The position numbers were made by a program, and so were the translations under genes. From assembly GCA_964347155.1 (NCBI GenBank), contig CAYFXR010000062.1:1246-65245 (forward strand): DNA of 64,000 bases, in the 5' to 3' direction. The stretch comes from an uncultured Nitrospiraceae bacterium. Lineage in GTDB: Bacteria; Nitrospirota; Thermodesulfovibrionia; UBA6902. The notes below the pieces were generated by a model that did not search any database, was not told the DNA's origin, and worked only from the letters and a program-made list of their open reading frames with translations. Below are positions 21,736 through 31,345 of the stretch, in pieces (the first letter of the stretch is position 1; each line of letters opens with the position of its first letter).

Positions 21736-21762
21736 TTAGCACTCCAAAGTGGCGAGTGCTAA
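21736..21762. promoter_or_regulatory. CIRCE operator (HrcA binding site), TTAGCACTC-N9-GAGTGCTAA, in the groES promoter.
   Basis: Both 9-bp arms match the CIRCE consensus perfectly. It lies 70-95 bp upstream of the groES start. Confidence 0.85.
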
Positions 21763-21944
21763 TATAATATTAATTTATTTCTAAAACAAGGCCACTTTTT
21801 GCCAGAAAAATAGCTAATATCACTGAAATTGAGAGATTATGTCCTTCTTTTTCTTTTTTTCTCAAAAATACCCTATATTTTGATTAATGGTAGAAATTTT
21901 ATAATAAGATATTGTTTGAACGGTTATTTCAGTTATGAGTACTG

Positions 21945-22667
21945 TCAATGAAAATATCGTCTTTTTTTAGTTTTTACCAGGAGTTTTATTATTAAAATAC
22001 CAAAGACAAAGCCGCCGATATGTGCAAACCATGCAATTCCACCCTGATTTATAAATCCTTTGCTTATTATGCCGTTTATAAACTGAATTACTATCCAGAA
22101 ACCTATTACAAATAATGCCGGAAGTCTGATGACCTGAACAAAGAAGCCCAAGAAAATTAGTGTATGTACTTTTGCGTGTGGGAAAAGGAGCAGATACGCT
22201 CCCAGTATTCCTGACACGGCACCGCTGGCACCTATCATGGGAATCGTAGACACAGGATCTGTTATGGCGTGACTGTATGCTGCAGCAAAACCACAAAGGA
22301 TATAAAATAGTATGAATCTCCCATAGCCCAATTTATCTTCAATATTGTTACCGAATATCCAGAGATAAAGCATGTTGGTTCCGAGATGGATAAGACCCCC
22401 GTGCATAAACATTGAAGTGAAAACAGTTAAAACAGGATGAATAGGCTGAACGGTCTTCATTGTCAAGAGAAAATGCGGGATTGCACCATATGCAAATGCA
22501 ATTCGTCTGGGATCTAATGGAGAAAGAGTCTGAAATATAAAAACCAAGGTGTTTATTATGATCAGTGCAATTGTTAAAAAAGGAAACCGGCTTGTGGGAT
22601 TGTCGTCTTTAAATGGAATCATTACGTGTGAACTTAACTCAATAGTATAGATTTTGTCAAATAACAC
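21945..22667 (-). CDS. Rhomboid-family intramembrane serine protease.
   Basis: Six predicted TM helices, catalytic GASGAVSG (Ser) and AHIGGFVFG (His). Confidence 0.85.
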   Translation of the reverse strand: MLFDKIYTIELSSHVMIPFKDDNPTSRFPFLTIALIIINTLVFIFQTLSPLDPRRIAFAYGAIPHFLLTMKTVQPIHPVLTVFTSMFMHGGLIHLGTNMLYLWIFGNNIEDKLGYGRFILFYILCGFAAAYSHAITDPVSTIPMIGASGAVSGILGAYLLLFPHAKVHTLIFLGFFVQVIRLPALFVIGFWIVIQFINGIISKGFINQGGIAWFAHIGGFVFGILIIKLLVKTKKRRYFH

Positions 22668-22729
22668 TTTTAGCTATTAGCCAATAGCTATCAGCTAATA
22701 GCTTTATATGCTATAATTAAATATAAGCA

Positions 22730-23078
<349 letters not shown>

Positions 23079-23317
23079 ATGCATTATAACTGCGCAAAAG
23101 TGCGGCTCTCCTTCGGAAGTTCCAGGTAAGAGAAGGTACAAAATTAAAGGAAAATTTTTCCGTTATTGCAATTCAATGAAACTTTTGGTTATCTTAACAA
23201 CTCTATAGTATAATTGTATCAAAGGATAGCGCCTGTCAGTATGTTGAAAACTGCCTGATTGTATCGTTAAAAAAATTTTTTCAATAATCTTATTATCATT
23301 TAATAAAGGTAAATAGT

Positions 23318-24538
23318 ATGGCATATCCAAAAATTCTTGCAATGATTATGGCAGGAGGCCGGGGTGAAAGGCTTTTCCCTCTTACATTCGAACGTTCCAA
23401 GCCTGCGGTTCCGTTTGGCGGGCGATATCGTATCGTTGATTTTGTCCTTAGTAACCTAATTAATTCACAGATTTTTTCTATTTACCTTTTAGTTCAGTAC
23501 AAATCCCAGTCATTGATTGAGTATATGAGGGAAAACTGGGGTCTTTCTGCCGTAATGAGCGACCATTTTGTTACCGTTGTCCCTCCCCAGATGAGGTATG
23601 GTCCCGATTGGTTTCAGGGTACAGCGAATGCCGTATTCCAGAACCTTAATCTCGTCCGCCAGCATAAACCTGAGCTTGTAATTGTCTTTGGAGCCGACCA
23701 TATATACCGAATGGATATCCGTCAGATGATCGATTTTCATCTTGAACATGATGCGCATGTTACAGTAGCAGCAAGACCGGTACCCGTTGAGGAGGCCAGT
23801 GCCTTTGGCATTATCGACGCAGAAATCGATGGTAAGATAAAAAGATTTATAGAGAAACCAAAAAAACCACCCTCAATGCCTAATGACCCGAGCAGGTCTT
23901 ATTGTTCTATGGGGAATTATATTTTTAACACTGATGCCCTGATCAAGGGATTAATACAGGCGGAGCGAAAAAAAGAATATGATTTTGGCAAACATGTAAT
24001 TCCGAACCTTTTACAGGAAGGTGAAAGGCTTTATGCATATGACTTTGCCACTAATCGTATTCCCGGCTCAAGACCTGATGAAGAACAGTGCTACTGGAGA
24101 GATGTAGGCACAATAAAGGCTTTCTGGGACGCACATCAGGACATGCTCGGAGAAAGGCCGCTGTTTGAAATCAATAATGATCTGTGGCCTATCCGCCCTT
24201 CAAGAAATGAACTGCCTGCAACAAAGATAATGGGAGGAGAGATTACGAATAGTATAATTGCTGAAGGGACTGTCATTAATAAGTCAAGAATAATAAATTC
24301 CATTATACGAAAAGGGGTTATGATTGAGGACGAAGTAGAGATCAGGGATTCGATTATTATGGATCATGTTGTTCTTAAAAAGGGCTGTGTTTTAAATAAA
24401 GTGATTGTAGACGCCTATAATGTGATAGAGGAAGGAATATATATAGGATATGACAGCAAGACGCCATACTGGCGTGCTCACATTGATCCCTCTGGAATCT
24501 CAGTGATTGCAAGTGAGAAACAAACATCGAGGCTTTAA
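23318..24538 (+). CDS. glgC: Glucose-1-phosphate adenylyltransferase.
   Basis: 406 aa with the N-terminus MAYPKILAMIMAGGRGERLFPLT...KPAVPFGGRYRIVDF and a left-handed beta-helix C-terminus. Confidence 0.9.
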   Translation: MAYPKILAMIMAGGRGERLFPLTFERSKPAVPFGGRYRIVDFVLSNLINSQIFSIYLLVQYKSQSLIEYMRENWGLSAVMSDHFVTVVPPQMRYGPDWFQGTANAVFQNLNLVRQHKPELVIVFGADHIYRMDIRQMIDFHLEHDAHVTVAARPVPVEEASAFGIIDAEIDGKIKRFIEKPKKPPSMPNDPSRSYCSMGNYIFNTDALIKGLIQAERKKEYDFGKHVIPNLLQEGERLYAYDFATNRIPGSRPDEEQCYWRDVGTIKAFWDAHQDMLGERPLFEINNDLWPIRPSRNELPATKIMGGEITNSIIAEGTVINKSRIINSIIRKGVMIEDEVEIRDSIIMDHVVLKKGCVLNKVIVDAYNVIEEGIYIGYDSKTPYWRAHIDPSGISVIASEKQTSRL

Positions 24539-24578
24539 ATTTTCAAAAGCCTGCATTATTTGGAATGCATTTTCCGGG

Positions 24579-25658
24579 TTATAGAAATCTGATTTGTTTT
24601 AGATCAGATCCCTTCCAGGTAAATTTTCTTTTCTTCCGGTTTTTAAGCAGCTTCTTTTCTTCCATTACTGCTGCAATGAGCAGGGGTAAACCTATTGTAG
24701 CATCTACATGTACGGTTGCCGAGTGTGTGTAATCTTCTATTTTTCCCCATGATTTTGCTTCTTCAAAAGTGCATCCTGACAGCCCGCCCCATTTTGCATC
24801 ATCCGTTGTTATCTGTATTGCGTATTGATGCCCTGGTGCGTTATATCCAAATACCTCCATCATTGGCTCAATTTGCTGAATATAATTTTTAGGTACACCG
24901 CCGCCAACATAGAAAACGCCTGTTGATTTAGCGAATTTATCAATTTGCATGATTTCTATATTATCCTTTAACAGGTCTAATCCAAATTTGTTTTTGGATT
25001 TGTTATTTAAACAGTATAGAGATAATCCAATACCAATTCCACTGTCATGAATTGTAGGACAGAATATAGGTACTCCTGATCTATATGCAGTTCTGATAAT
25101 TGAATGCGGATCTTTGACGGTTTTACCGAACTCGTAAAAAAATTCGCGTGTTGAATAATATCTTTTTTCAAGTTTTTTGGGAAAGTCTTTAAAGAAGGAG
25201 TCTGCTTCCAGAAACAATTTGTCATCGGCAAAGGTATCGTAAATTCTGTCAATACGAAGATCACGAAGTTCTGCATCGTCTATCGACCTGGTCCCCACAT
25301 AATGATTGTATCCCAGACTTTCAAAGAAATCATGATATAAGTTGGCGCCGGTTGAAACCAGTACATCTATCATATTGTATTCAATCATATCTTTTACGAC
25401 CTTCCGCATACCTCCTGGGACAAGGGCTCCCGATAATCCAAAGAATATTACCGCATGTTTATCTTCAAGCATGGCTTTATAGACTGAAAAACACTTTGCA
25501 AGATTTCTGCTTTGAAAAGATGTACTGTGAAAAGAATTCAGAATCTGGTTTGCACTTTTATTCTTTTTTACGTCAATATGTCTTATCTTCTTTGAGAGCA
25601 GACACCTTTTTTTCTTTTTCGAATTCTTATCCAAAACTAATTCCTTCATACTCCTCAC
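24579..25658 (-). CDS. Deoxyhypusine synthase-like protein (DHS/homospermidine synthase family).
   Basis: 359 aa. The conserved DHS-family core ...FFGLSGALVPGGMRKVVKDMIEYNMIDVLVSTGANLYHDF... and a C-terminal GGGVPKN NAD-binding loop are present. Confidence 0.75.
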   Translation of the reverse strand: MRSMKELVLDKNSKKKKRCLLSKKIRHIDVKKNKSANQILNSFHSTSFQSRNLAKCFSVYKAMLEDKHAVIFFGLSGALVPGGMRKVVKDMIEYNMIDVLVSTGANLYHDFFESLGYNHYVGTRSIDDAELRDLRIDRIYDTFADDKLFLEADSFFKDFPKKLEKRYYSTREFFYEFGKTVKDPHSIIRTAYRSGVPIFCPTIHDSGIGIGLSLYCLNNKSKNKFGLDLLKDNIEIMQIDKFAKSTGVFYVGGGVPKNYIQQIEPMMEVFGYNAPGHQYAIQITTDDAKWGGLSGCTFEEAKSWGKIEDYTHSATVHVDATIGLPLLIAAVMEEKKLLKNRKKRKFTWKGSDLKQIRFL

Positions 25659-25740
25659 ATATTTCAGGGAGAATGATGCGTTCAGCGGGGATTTTAAATT
25701 TAATTATTTTATACTATCAGAAGATATTTTTGTCATCTTT

Positions 25741-26958
25741 TCATACCCCTGTTCTGTGCACTCCCTTTGGACGCCATGCAGGGGAGATTACAGCTGGCCG
25801 GGATCTGGATAGTACATAGGCTGCCCAGGAAATAGTGAATTCCCCGTATCTGTCGTTGATAGTGTCTATTACCTGAAGCAGATTGTGCCTTCTGGCATAT
25901 TCCTTAAGAAGCGGAAGCTGTGCAGGGTTTTTTGACTCCGTCAGCCCGGACAGGCTTACACCAAGCAGCCTTATTGAATCTTTGAGTTTCAGTGCCTTTA
26001 TTATTTCCATGGCATGGTGATAGATAGTATGAGTATCATTTGTGTGTATTTTGAATTTTGACTGTTTGGAAAAGGTTTTAAAATTTTTGTATCTGATAAC
26101 CACACTTATGACATTTCCCGTTAGCTCATGCTTTCTTGCCCGTCTTCCGACCATTTCAGAAAGTTTTAATATATATGCCTCTATATCTTTTGCCCGCCAT
26201 ATATCACGGGGAAGGGTCATGCTGTGACCGACTGACTTTGTTTCATTTGCGTCACATGCAACCGGTGAATCGTCAATTCCCATACCCATTAGCTTGAGCC
26301 TCTCGCCGATTATGCCAAAGTGACTTCTGAGAAAACTCGCGGATGTTCTGCCCAGCTGTCCGCAGGTGTATATATCGATGGAATTAAGTTTTTCAGTAAG
26401 TTTTTTGCCTATGCCCCAGAGTTTGTCAACAGGGAGATCTTCAAGAATGCATGGGATATCTTCAGGCTTGATCCACATTAACCCGTCGGGTTTTGAAAGA
26501 TCGCTTGCAAGCTTTGCGATTAACTTGTTTGGGCCGATACCGATTGTTGCATTTAATCCAAGCTGTTGTTTTATTGTGTCTTTAATTGTGTTGCCTATCC
26601 GAGGCGGACTTCCAAAGAGGTTGCAGGAATTCGTTATATCCAGGAATGCCTCGTCAATGGAATAAACCTCAACTTCAGAGGTATATTTCGAGCAGATTTC
26701 TGTGAGCCTTTCACATGTGTGCATGTATTTGTCATTATTACCTATGACAAAGATTAAATGGTGGCACAGCATTTTAGCCTCCCACATGTTCATGCCGGTT
26801 TTAACGCCGAATTCCCTTGCCTCATAAGATGCTGTTGTAACAACTGTTCTTTTCCCGGAGCCTATTACTGCTATCGGCTTTCCGCGTAAAGCGGGATTGC
26901 ACTGCTGCTCAACTGACGCGAAGAATGAATCCATATCTATAAGAAGGATTACTTTCAC
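25741..26958 (-). CDS. dinB: DNA polymerase IV (Y-family translesion polymerase).
   Basis: The N-terminus MKVILLIDMDSFFASVEQQCNPALRGKPIAVIG is the UmuC/DinB palm domain. It is the last gene of an operon with lexA. Confidence 0.9.
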   Translation of the reverse strand: MKVILLIDMDSFFASVEQQCNPALRGKPIAVIGSGKRTVVTTASYEAREFGVKTGMNMWEAKMLCHHLIFVIGNNDKYMHTCERLTEICSKYTSEVEVYSIDEAFLDITNSCNLFGSPPRIGNTIKDTIKQQLGLNATIGIGPNKLIAKLASDLSKPDGLMWIKPEDIPCILEDLPVDKLWGIGKKLTEKLNSIDIYTCGQLGRTSASFLRSHFGIIGERLKLMGMGIDDSPVACDANETKSVGHSMTLPRDIWRAKDIEAYILKLSEMVGRRARKHELTGNVISVVIRYKNFKTFSKQSKFKIHTNDTHTIYHHAMEIIKALKLKDSIRLLGVSLSGLTESKNPAQLPLLKEYARRHNLLQVIDTINDRYGEFTISWAAYVLSRSRPAVISPAWRPKGVHRTGV

Positions 26959-27203
26959 ATCTCCGTCTCCACCCCTTCAAGTCTCCATAATGTGGAGTTT
27001 GTGTCAAAGCTCAATTCGTAGAGTGTATTTCCATCCGTTACCGAGAAATGAAGCAGCCTGTTTTTCCCCTGTAACGTAGCCCATTCATAGGTGATTTCCT
27101 TGATGTCAACCTGTCTGCCTGACCACTTAAATCGTAATGGTCTTAACCTGGCATTTTCCCCGAACACGGCAATAACAGATACCTGTTCTCCGACCTCAAG
27201 CAT
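26955..27203 (-). CDS. Hypothetical 82-aa protein encoded between lexA and dinB, with overlapping start and stop codons on both sides.
   Basis: The ORF is bounded exactly by the lexA stop (27203) and the dinB start (26958), a translationally coupled arrangement. No recognisable domain. Confidence 0.5.
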   Translation of the reverse strand: MLEVGEQVSVIAVFGENARLRPLRFKWSGRQVDIKEITYEWATLQGKNRLLHFSVTDGNTLYELSFDTNSTLWRLEGVETEM

Positions 27204-27826
27204 TATAGTCTCCTCAATATACCAACAACTTTTCCTATAATCTTTACGTCCTTTACGTCAAGCTTTATGGGTTCCATCTCCTTGTTTTCAGACACAAGTT
27301 TGACTGTTCCGTTTTTAAGAAAAAATCTTTTTATTGTTGCTTCCTCTTCGATGAGCGCAACCACGATATCCCTATTTACAGGTTCTGCATGAGGGGCGAT
27401 CAGGGCTATATCGCCTTCACATATCCCTGCATCTATCATGCTGTTACCCGTGACTTTGAGTGCAAAACCGTCCTCAGCTTTAAACAGGTTTTTATCGATG
27501 TTTATATAATCCTCAATATCTTCTGACGCCAGAATAGGCATGCCTGCCCTGACCCTGCCCAAAAGGGGTATTTTTGTGTCTTCTGCCGGTTTGAGCCCTG
27601 TTATTTCAAGGGTTCTCTGTTTGAAGGGCAATTTTTTGAGATAACCTTTTTTTATCAAGGCGTTAATATGCAGATGTGCGGAAAGGGGGCTTGCAAAGCC
27701 GAAATACCCGGCAATCTCTCTTACAGTCGGGGGAAAGCCTTTCTGGATTATGTGTCTCTTGATAAATTCAAGCACTGCCTTCTGTCTTGCTGTGGGTTGT
27801 CTGGATTTTACCGGCGTCATAATCAT
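27203..27826 (-). CDS. lexA: LexA repressor (S24 peptidase).
   Basis: N-terminal winged helix-turn-helix (QKAVLEFIKRHIIQKGFPPTVREIAGYFGFAS). A Gly cleavage site lies in the linker, and the catalytic Ser of GNSMIDAGI and a downstream Lys are present. Confidence 0.9.
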   Translation of the reverse strand: MIMTPVKSRQPTARQKAVLEFIKRHIIQKGFPPTVREIAGYFGFASPLSAHLHINALIKKGYLKKLPFKQRTLEITGLKPAEDTKIPLLGRVRAGMPILASEDIEDYINIDKNLFKAEDGFALKVTGNSMIDAGICEGDIALIAPHAEPVNRDIVVALIEEEATIKRFFLKNGTVKLVSENKEMEPIKLDVKDVKIIGKVVGILRRL

Positions 27827-27850
27827 ATACTATACAAATGTATAGTATAT
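27825..27850. promoter_or_regulatory. Candidate LexA operator (SOS box): perfect 24-bp palindrome TATACTATACAAATGTATAGTATA abutting the lexA start.
   Basis: Perfect dyad read directly from the sequence. The TACA-N3-TGTA core resembles TGT/ACA-type SOS boxes. The position is consistent with autoregulation. Confidence 0.4.
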
Positions 27851-27881
27851 GTCAAGAACCCATTTTCTAAACATCGGAAAC

Positions 27882-28538
27882 CTAGGCCAGCAGCACTGAT
27901 ATTATCCCTACAATAAAGATACCGTCAAAGACCCCTGCTCCTCCAATGCTCAGAAAAAAAACTCCAAATTTTTTTATCTGACGGAGCCTGAGCAAATCGG
28001 CTCCTATGAGTGTTCCCATAACACCGGATATGTATGCAACGGCCGGTGCATTCCCCTTTTCTGAAAATATTAATGCAGCGACTGCGGCAATAATGGGGGG
28101 AATGAATGCAGGAATAACTATTCCTACTCCTTTGACGGGTTTGCTCAAATAATAGGAGAAGATGGTTGTAACAACAGTTGCCGGTACGACAGAACTGATA
28201 TTCACTCGCGAAATAAGGTAGAGACTTAGCAATCCAGGTAGTATTGCACCTCCTAAGTTGAGAGAAACAATTTGCTCGTGAAACGCTGGTATTCTTATAC
28301 CAAAGAACCTGTTGAAGAAAGTCGTTATATCATCTGGCTCTTCATAATATTCAAGTTCTTTCCTGTAAACAGGGATGTTAATCAAGCTTCCCATTAAACA
28401 GAGCCAGAAGAAAACCAGCCCTATGAAAGGACTTAATCCCAACTTTGCAAAGGCAACGGCAGGGAGCATAAAGATAAGAAATGGAATTAAAAATAAAAAA
28501 ATCAGAAAGATTGCGATGGATATCGGAAGAAAATACAT
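27882..28538 (-). CDS. Polytopic membrane protein, DUF1614-like (assignment tentative).
   Basis: 218 aa, mostly hydrophobic, ending GGAGVFDGIFIVGIISVLLA. Confidence 0.4.
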   Translation of the reverse strand: MYFLPISIAIFLIFLFLIPFLIFMLPAVAFAKLGLSPFIGLVFFWLCLMGSLINIPVYRKELEYYEEPDDITTFFNRFFGIRIPAFHEQIVSLNLGGAILPGLLSLYLISRVNISSVVPATVVTTIFSYYLSKPVKGVGIVIPAFIPPIIAAVAALIFSEKGNAPAVAYISGVMGTLIGADLLRLRQIKKFGVFFLSIGGAGVFDGIFIVGIISVLLA

Positions 28539-28596
28539 GTTTTTATCCTTCTCTGTAATTATATCAGATCAGATCTGTCCAATATAGTGGCAAAGA

Positions 28597-28662
28597 GTAG
28601 GCTGAATGCCGAGAAAACAGAATTGCGCCCGTCGATCAATTATGTTTTGGAGGGTCAGCCTG
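28597..28662 (+). repeat. Family E repeat (AGGCTGAATGCCGAGAAAACAGAATTGCG...) with an internal AGGCTGA/TCAGCCT inverted pair.
   Basis: A 37-nt near-identical copy is at 42776-42812. The related GAATTGCGACAC is at 50650-50662. Confidence 0.7.
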
Positions 28663-28707
28663 CTATTTGTTATTACATTGGACATCAGTGATATCAAATA
28701 TTCAAAC

Positions 28708-29085
28708 CAAATAATGCAGACATTGCTCAAAAATTTATGAAGAAATGAACTTGAATACCCCGTTTTGTAAACGGGGATGAAAAGTTCTCCTTATCAAATC
28801 TCCCCCTTTGGAAAAGGGGGAATAAGGAGGATTTTATAATTATAACATCGACAAATCCCCCCTCACCCCCCTTTGCTAAAGGGGGGGGAATACATAAGTA
28901 TTAATCTTTTTTTGAAGCCCCGCCTTGTAGGCGGGGAGGTTCATTTAACTCGATGAATTTATTATTAAATTATGCATATGAATTTGAATAAAAATATGCA
29001 TAAGTACATTGATTAAAAATGCATTTAAGGTATCGAAAAATAAATTTTTTCACAACATCTGCATTATTTTTAATGCATTTTTGGG
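28708..29085 (+). repeat. Composite repeat locus: a family B module, a full family A hairpin array (four G/C hairpins), then an AT-rich family F module (GGTATCGAAAAATAAATTTTTTCACAACATCTGCATTATTTTTAATGCATTTTTGGGG).
   Basis: Collinear with 50293-50587 (B then A). The F module recurs at 38095-38175 with a 26-nt insertion. Confidence 0.85.
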
Positions 29086-29151
29086 GTCAATCGGATACAT
29101 TACTGCTGGTTCAATCGAGGATAATTGAACCAGCAAAGCTAATAAGACTGG

Positions 29152-30153
29152 TCATGAGCTAAATGACTGCAAAAGGGCTTCTACCTCTTCCAATCTCGGT
29201 ATGCCCGCTCTCCCGCCTAATTTCCGGCATTTCAGCGCTGCAAATGCCGATGCAAAACGCACAACATCCTTTATATTCCATTTCTGCAGGATCCCATAAA
29301 TATAACCTCCATGAAATACATCACCTGCACCTGTTGTGTCAATAACGTCAACCTTAAAAGCCGGGGTCTGAAAGATTTCATTCCCGGAGATTGTAATGCT
29401 CCCTTTTTTACCAAGGGTGATTGTTGTTGCCCTTGTATTAAATTCCTTCATGTGCATAACGGATTTTTCTGGATCGAATGAATCTTTGTTATTCAACAAT
29501 TCTCTTGCAAATTCTTCTGAGCAGACCACATAGTTACATAGATGCGCTATTTCAATCATTCCTTCTCGTACCCGGCCGGCATCAAGCATCACAGGAATAT
29601 TTTTTTCTTGTGCCTTTTTTGCAGCATATATAGATACCTCCTCCATAAGTCCATCAATAAGGAGAAAGTCCGCATTGTCAAGAAAATCCTCAGGTAGTTC
29701 ATGTGGTTTTAAGGGTTCTGCAGAAGGTCTTTTCCAGAATATTGTCCTTTTGCTACTGCCTTTTTCAACGGCGATAAATGCGACCTGAGAGCTGGACTGA
29801 GGTCTTTTTAAGAGACCTTTGATGTTTACATTTTCTGATTCAAGAGATTCCTTGATTTTTATCCCAGCTTCATCATCACCTGCAATGCCGTAAAAACTGC
29901 AATGAATACCGAGCCTTGAAAGACTTACAAGCGCGGTTGCAACAGGACCGCCGCTTGCTGTTGTACATTCTATTACTTCTTTTTTTGTGTCTGGCACAGG
30001 AAAAGAATCTACAATAAACAGATTGTCAAAAGAACACTGTCCAATTCCTACAACTTTTTTCTGAAAATCCCCCCTTCCCCCCTTTGCTAAAGGGGGGTTA
30101 GGGGGGATTAGATTTTTCTTCTTTTTTTTGCCTGAGTCACCGCTGGTGTGCAT
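29152..30153 (-). CDS. PfkB-family carbohydrate/nucleoside kinase (ribokinase-like). The real N-terminus is probably near 30060, because the first 30 codons of the tracked ORF are a read-through of a family A repeat.
   Basis: Conserved GG dipeptide region and the C-terminal anion-hole motif DTTGAGDVFHGGYIYG. The N-terminal MHTSGDSGKKKKKNLIPPNPPLAKGGRGD is a translation of the repeat at 30067-30110. Confidence 0.8.
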   Translation of the reverse strand: MHTSGDSGKKKKKNLIPPNPPLAKGGRGDFQKKVVGIGQCSFDNLFIVDSFPVPDTKKEVIECTTASGGPVATALVSLSRLGIHCSFYGIAGDDEAGIKIKESLESENVNIKGLLKRPQSSSQVAFIAVEKGSSKRTIFWKRPSAEPLKPHELPEDFLDNADFLLIDGLMEEVSIYAAKKAQEKNIPVMLDAGRVREGMIEIAHLCNYVVCSEEFARELLNNKDSFDPEKSVMHMKEFNTRATTITLGKKGSITISGNEIFQTPAFKVDVIDTTGAGDVFHGGYIYGILQKWNIKDVVRFASAFAALKCRKLGGRAGIPRLEEVEALLQSFSS

Positions 30154-30178
30154 TCTAGTGCATGAGGGTTATCTTTTT

Positions 30179-30712
30179 TTATTTTCGTTTCCAAGGGAAC
30201 GGAATGATCATTGGAGTATTTCCCCTGTATTTAATATATTCATTCCCAAAATCATTAATCAGTCGCTTTTCTTCTATCAGTTTAAGATATATTGCAAATA
30301 AAATAAAAAATATCAATAAAATGAATATCACACTCAGTGAATCAAAGTAAACAGCAATTGAAAAGTATGTTGAAAATACACCGTACACCATAGGGTTTCT
30401 GGTAAATCTATAAGGCCCGGTTACTACCAACTTCTTGGTCTGCGGACTAATAGCAATTCCAAATAGGTCCGTTGGCCCACCCTTGCCTTTTCTTAATAAA
30501 AATATATTTGACCATATAATAAATACTATCCCATTTATTAATAATATCGAAGATATAATTATACGAATCGATTTAGAAAAAAATATTGTGGTGCTCAATA
30601 TACAGTAACGTGAGGAGGCCAGATAAAATATCCCGTATGGGATCAATATTATGAATATACTTATTCCTAAAATATAGCCTGCAATACATCTTTCAATATT
30701 ACTTCGTCCCAT
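30179..30712 (-). CDS. Membrane methyltransferase of the isoprenylcysteine carboxyl methyltransferase (ICMT)/PEMT family.
   Basis: Four or five TM helices and the motif VVTGPYRFTRNPMVYGVF, matching the family pattern G-P-Y-x-x-x-R-H/N-P-M-Y. Confidence 0.7.
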   Translation of the reverse strand: MGRSNIERCIAGYILGISIFIILIPYGIFYLASSRYCILSTTIFFSKSIRIIISSILLINGIVFIIWSNIFLLRKGKGGPTDLFGIAISPQTKKLVVTGPYRFTRNPMVYGVFSTYFSIAVYFDSLSVIFILLIFFILFAIYLKLIEEKRLINDFGNEYIKYRGNTPMIIPFPWKRK

Positions 30713-30720
30713 TGCAATTA

Positions 30721-30915
30721 ATTTATGAAAATTTTACCAGAATACCCCTTGCTGTGCAAGGGGATGAATGGCATCCTTTCAAATCCCCTCTCCCCTGGTG
30801 GGAGAGGGAAAGGGTGAGGGGGAACAAATTAATCAATCACCCCCACATTAATCCTCCCCCGTCAAGGGGGAGGAGAATTAAGATGCCCCTCCTTGTAGGC
30901 GGGGAGCTTCACTTC
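30721..30915 (+). repeat. Family A2 hairpin-array repeat: the hairpins CCCCTTGCTGTGCAAGGGG, CCCCTCTCCCCTGGTGGGAGAGGG, CCTCCCCCGTCAAGGGGGAGG and CCCCTCCTTGTAGGCGGGGAG.
   Basis: A near-identical copy (about 95%) is at 49653-49845. The terminal hairpin GCCCC(G/T)CCTTGTAGGCGGGGAG is shared with family A. ORF 30712-30933 is a translation of this repeat and is rejected. Confidence 0.85.
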
Positions 30916-30967
30916 ATGTCATTTTTTTCTTAAAGATTACGCACTCATATCAATATCAATGTCAACG

Positions 30968-31102
30968 TGGTCGCATCTTTATCTGTGAGAGATTTTCATT
31001 TTTCCGGCCAGCAAGCAGGGATTTCACCCATTTAGTTTATTAAATATCCTAATCTGTTGTGAAGTAATCTACTACTTTTATTACAGATAAAGATGCGACC
31101 CC
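30968..31102. repeat. Small foldback element with 18-bp terminal inverted repeats ACAGATAAAGATGCGACC and an internal tandem duplication AAAGATGCGACC(C/T)ACTCACG(TACTCACG)CTACTCAT.
   Basis: Left arm 30968-30990 (GGTCGCATCTTTATCTGT), right arm 31085-31102. The direct repeat is visible at 31094-31160. Confidence 0.6.
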
Positions 31103-31214
31103 ACTCACGTACTCACGCTACTCATAAAGATGCGACCCTACTCACGCTACTCATTTTGCTAGCAAACTTTATCTAATTGCTACATACCTTGGTCAATTTC
31201 GAGAAAAAATCGCG

Positions 31215-31345
31215 GGAGGTGTCTAAATCGCAGGTCTCCAGATTTCATTTTTCCTCTGAAGAATGGAGACCTGACACCAATTCCTTCCTGGATTCCCCGA
31301 TCAAGCCTGTCATCGACCTGATCGGGGATCAGGGAATGACATTCA
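31215..31345 (-). repeat. Family C foldback element copy (contains CTGGATTCCCCGATC...GATCGGGGATCAGGGAATGACATTC).
   Basis: Shares the CTGGA(A/T)TCCCCG core and the GGGAATGACATT terminus with the copies at 9204-9392 and 32851-32955. It carries its own internal hairpins. Confidence 0.6.

Noticed and set aside
27825-27850. Considered whether the lexA-proximal palindrome is a transcription terminator for the upstream DUF1614 gene.
   Set aside because: It has an AT-only stem with no adjacent T-run in the correct orientation. Its position at the lexA start fits an operator better, so it is reported as a candidate SOS box with modest confidence.
30712-30933. 73-aa ORF (MQLIYENFTRIPLAVQGDEWHPFKSPLPWWERERVRG...).
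   Set aside because: It is a direct translation of the family A2 hairpin-array repeat, which is duplicated at 49653-49845 where it is not in an ORF.
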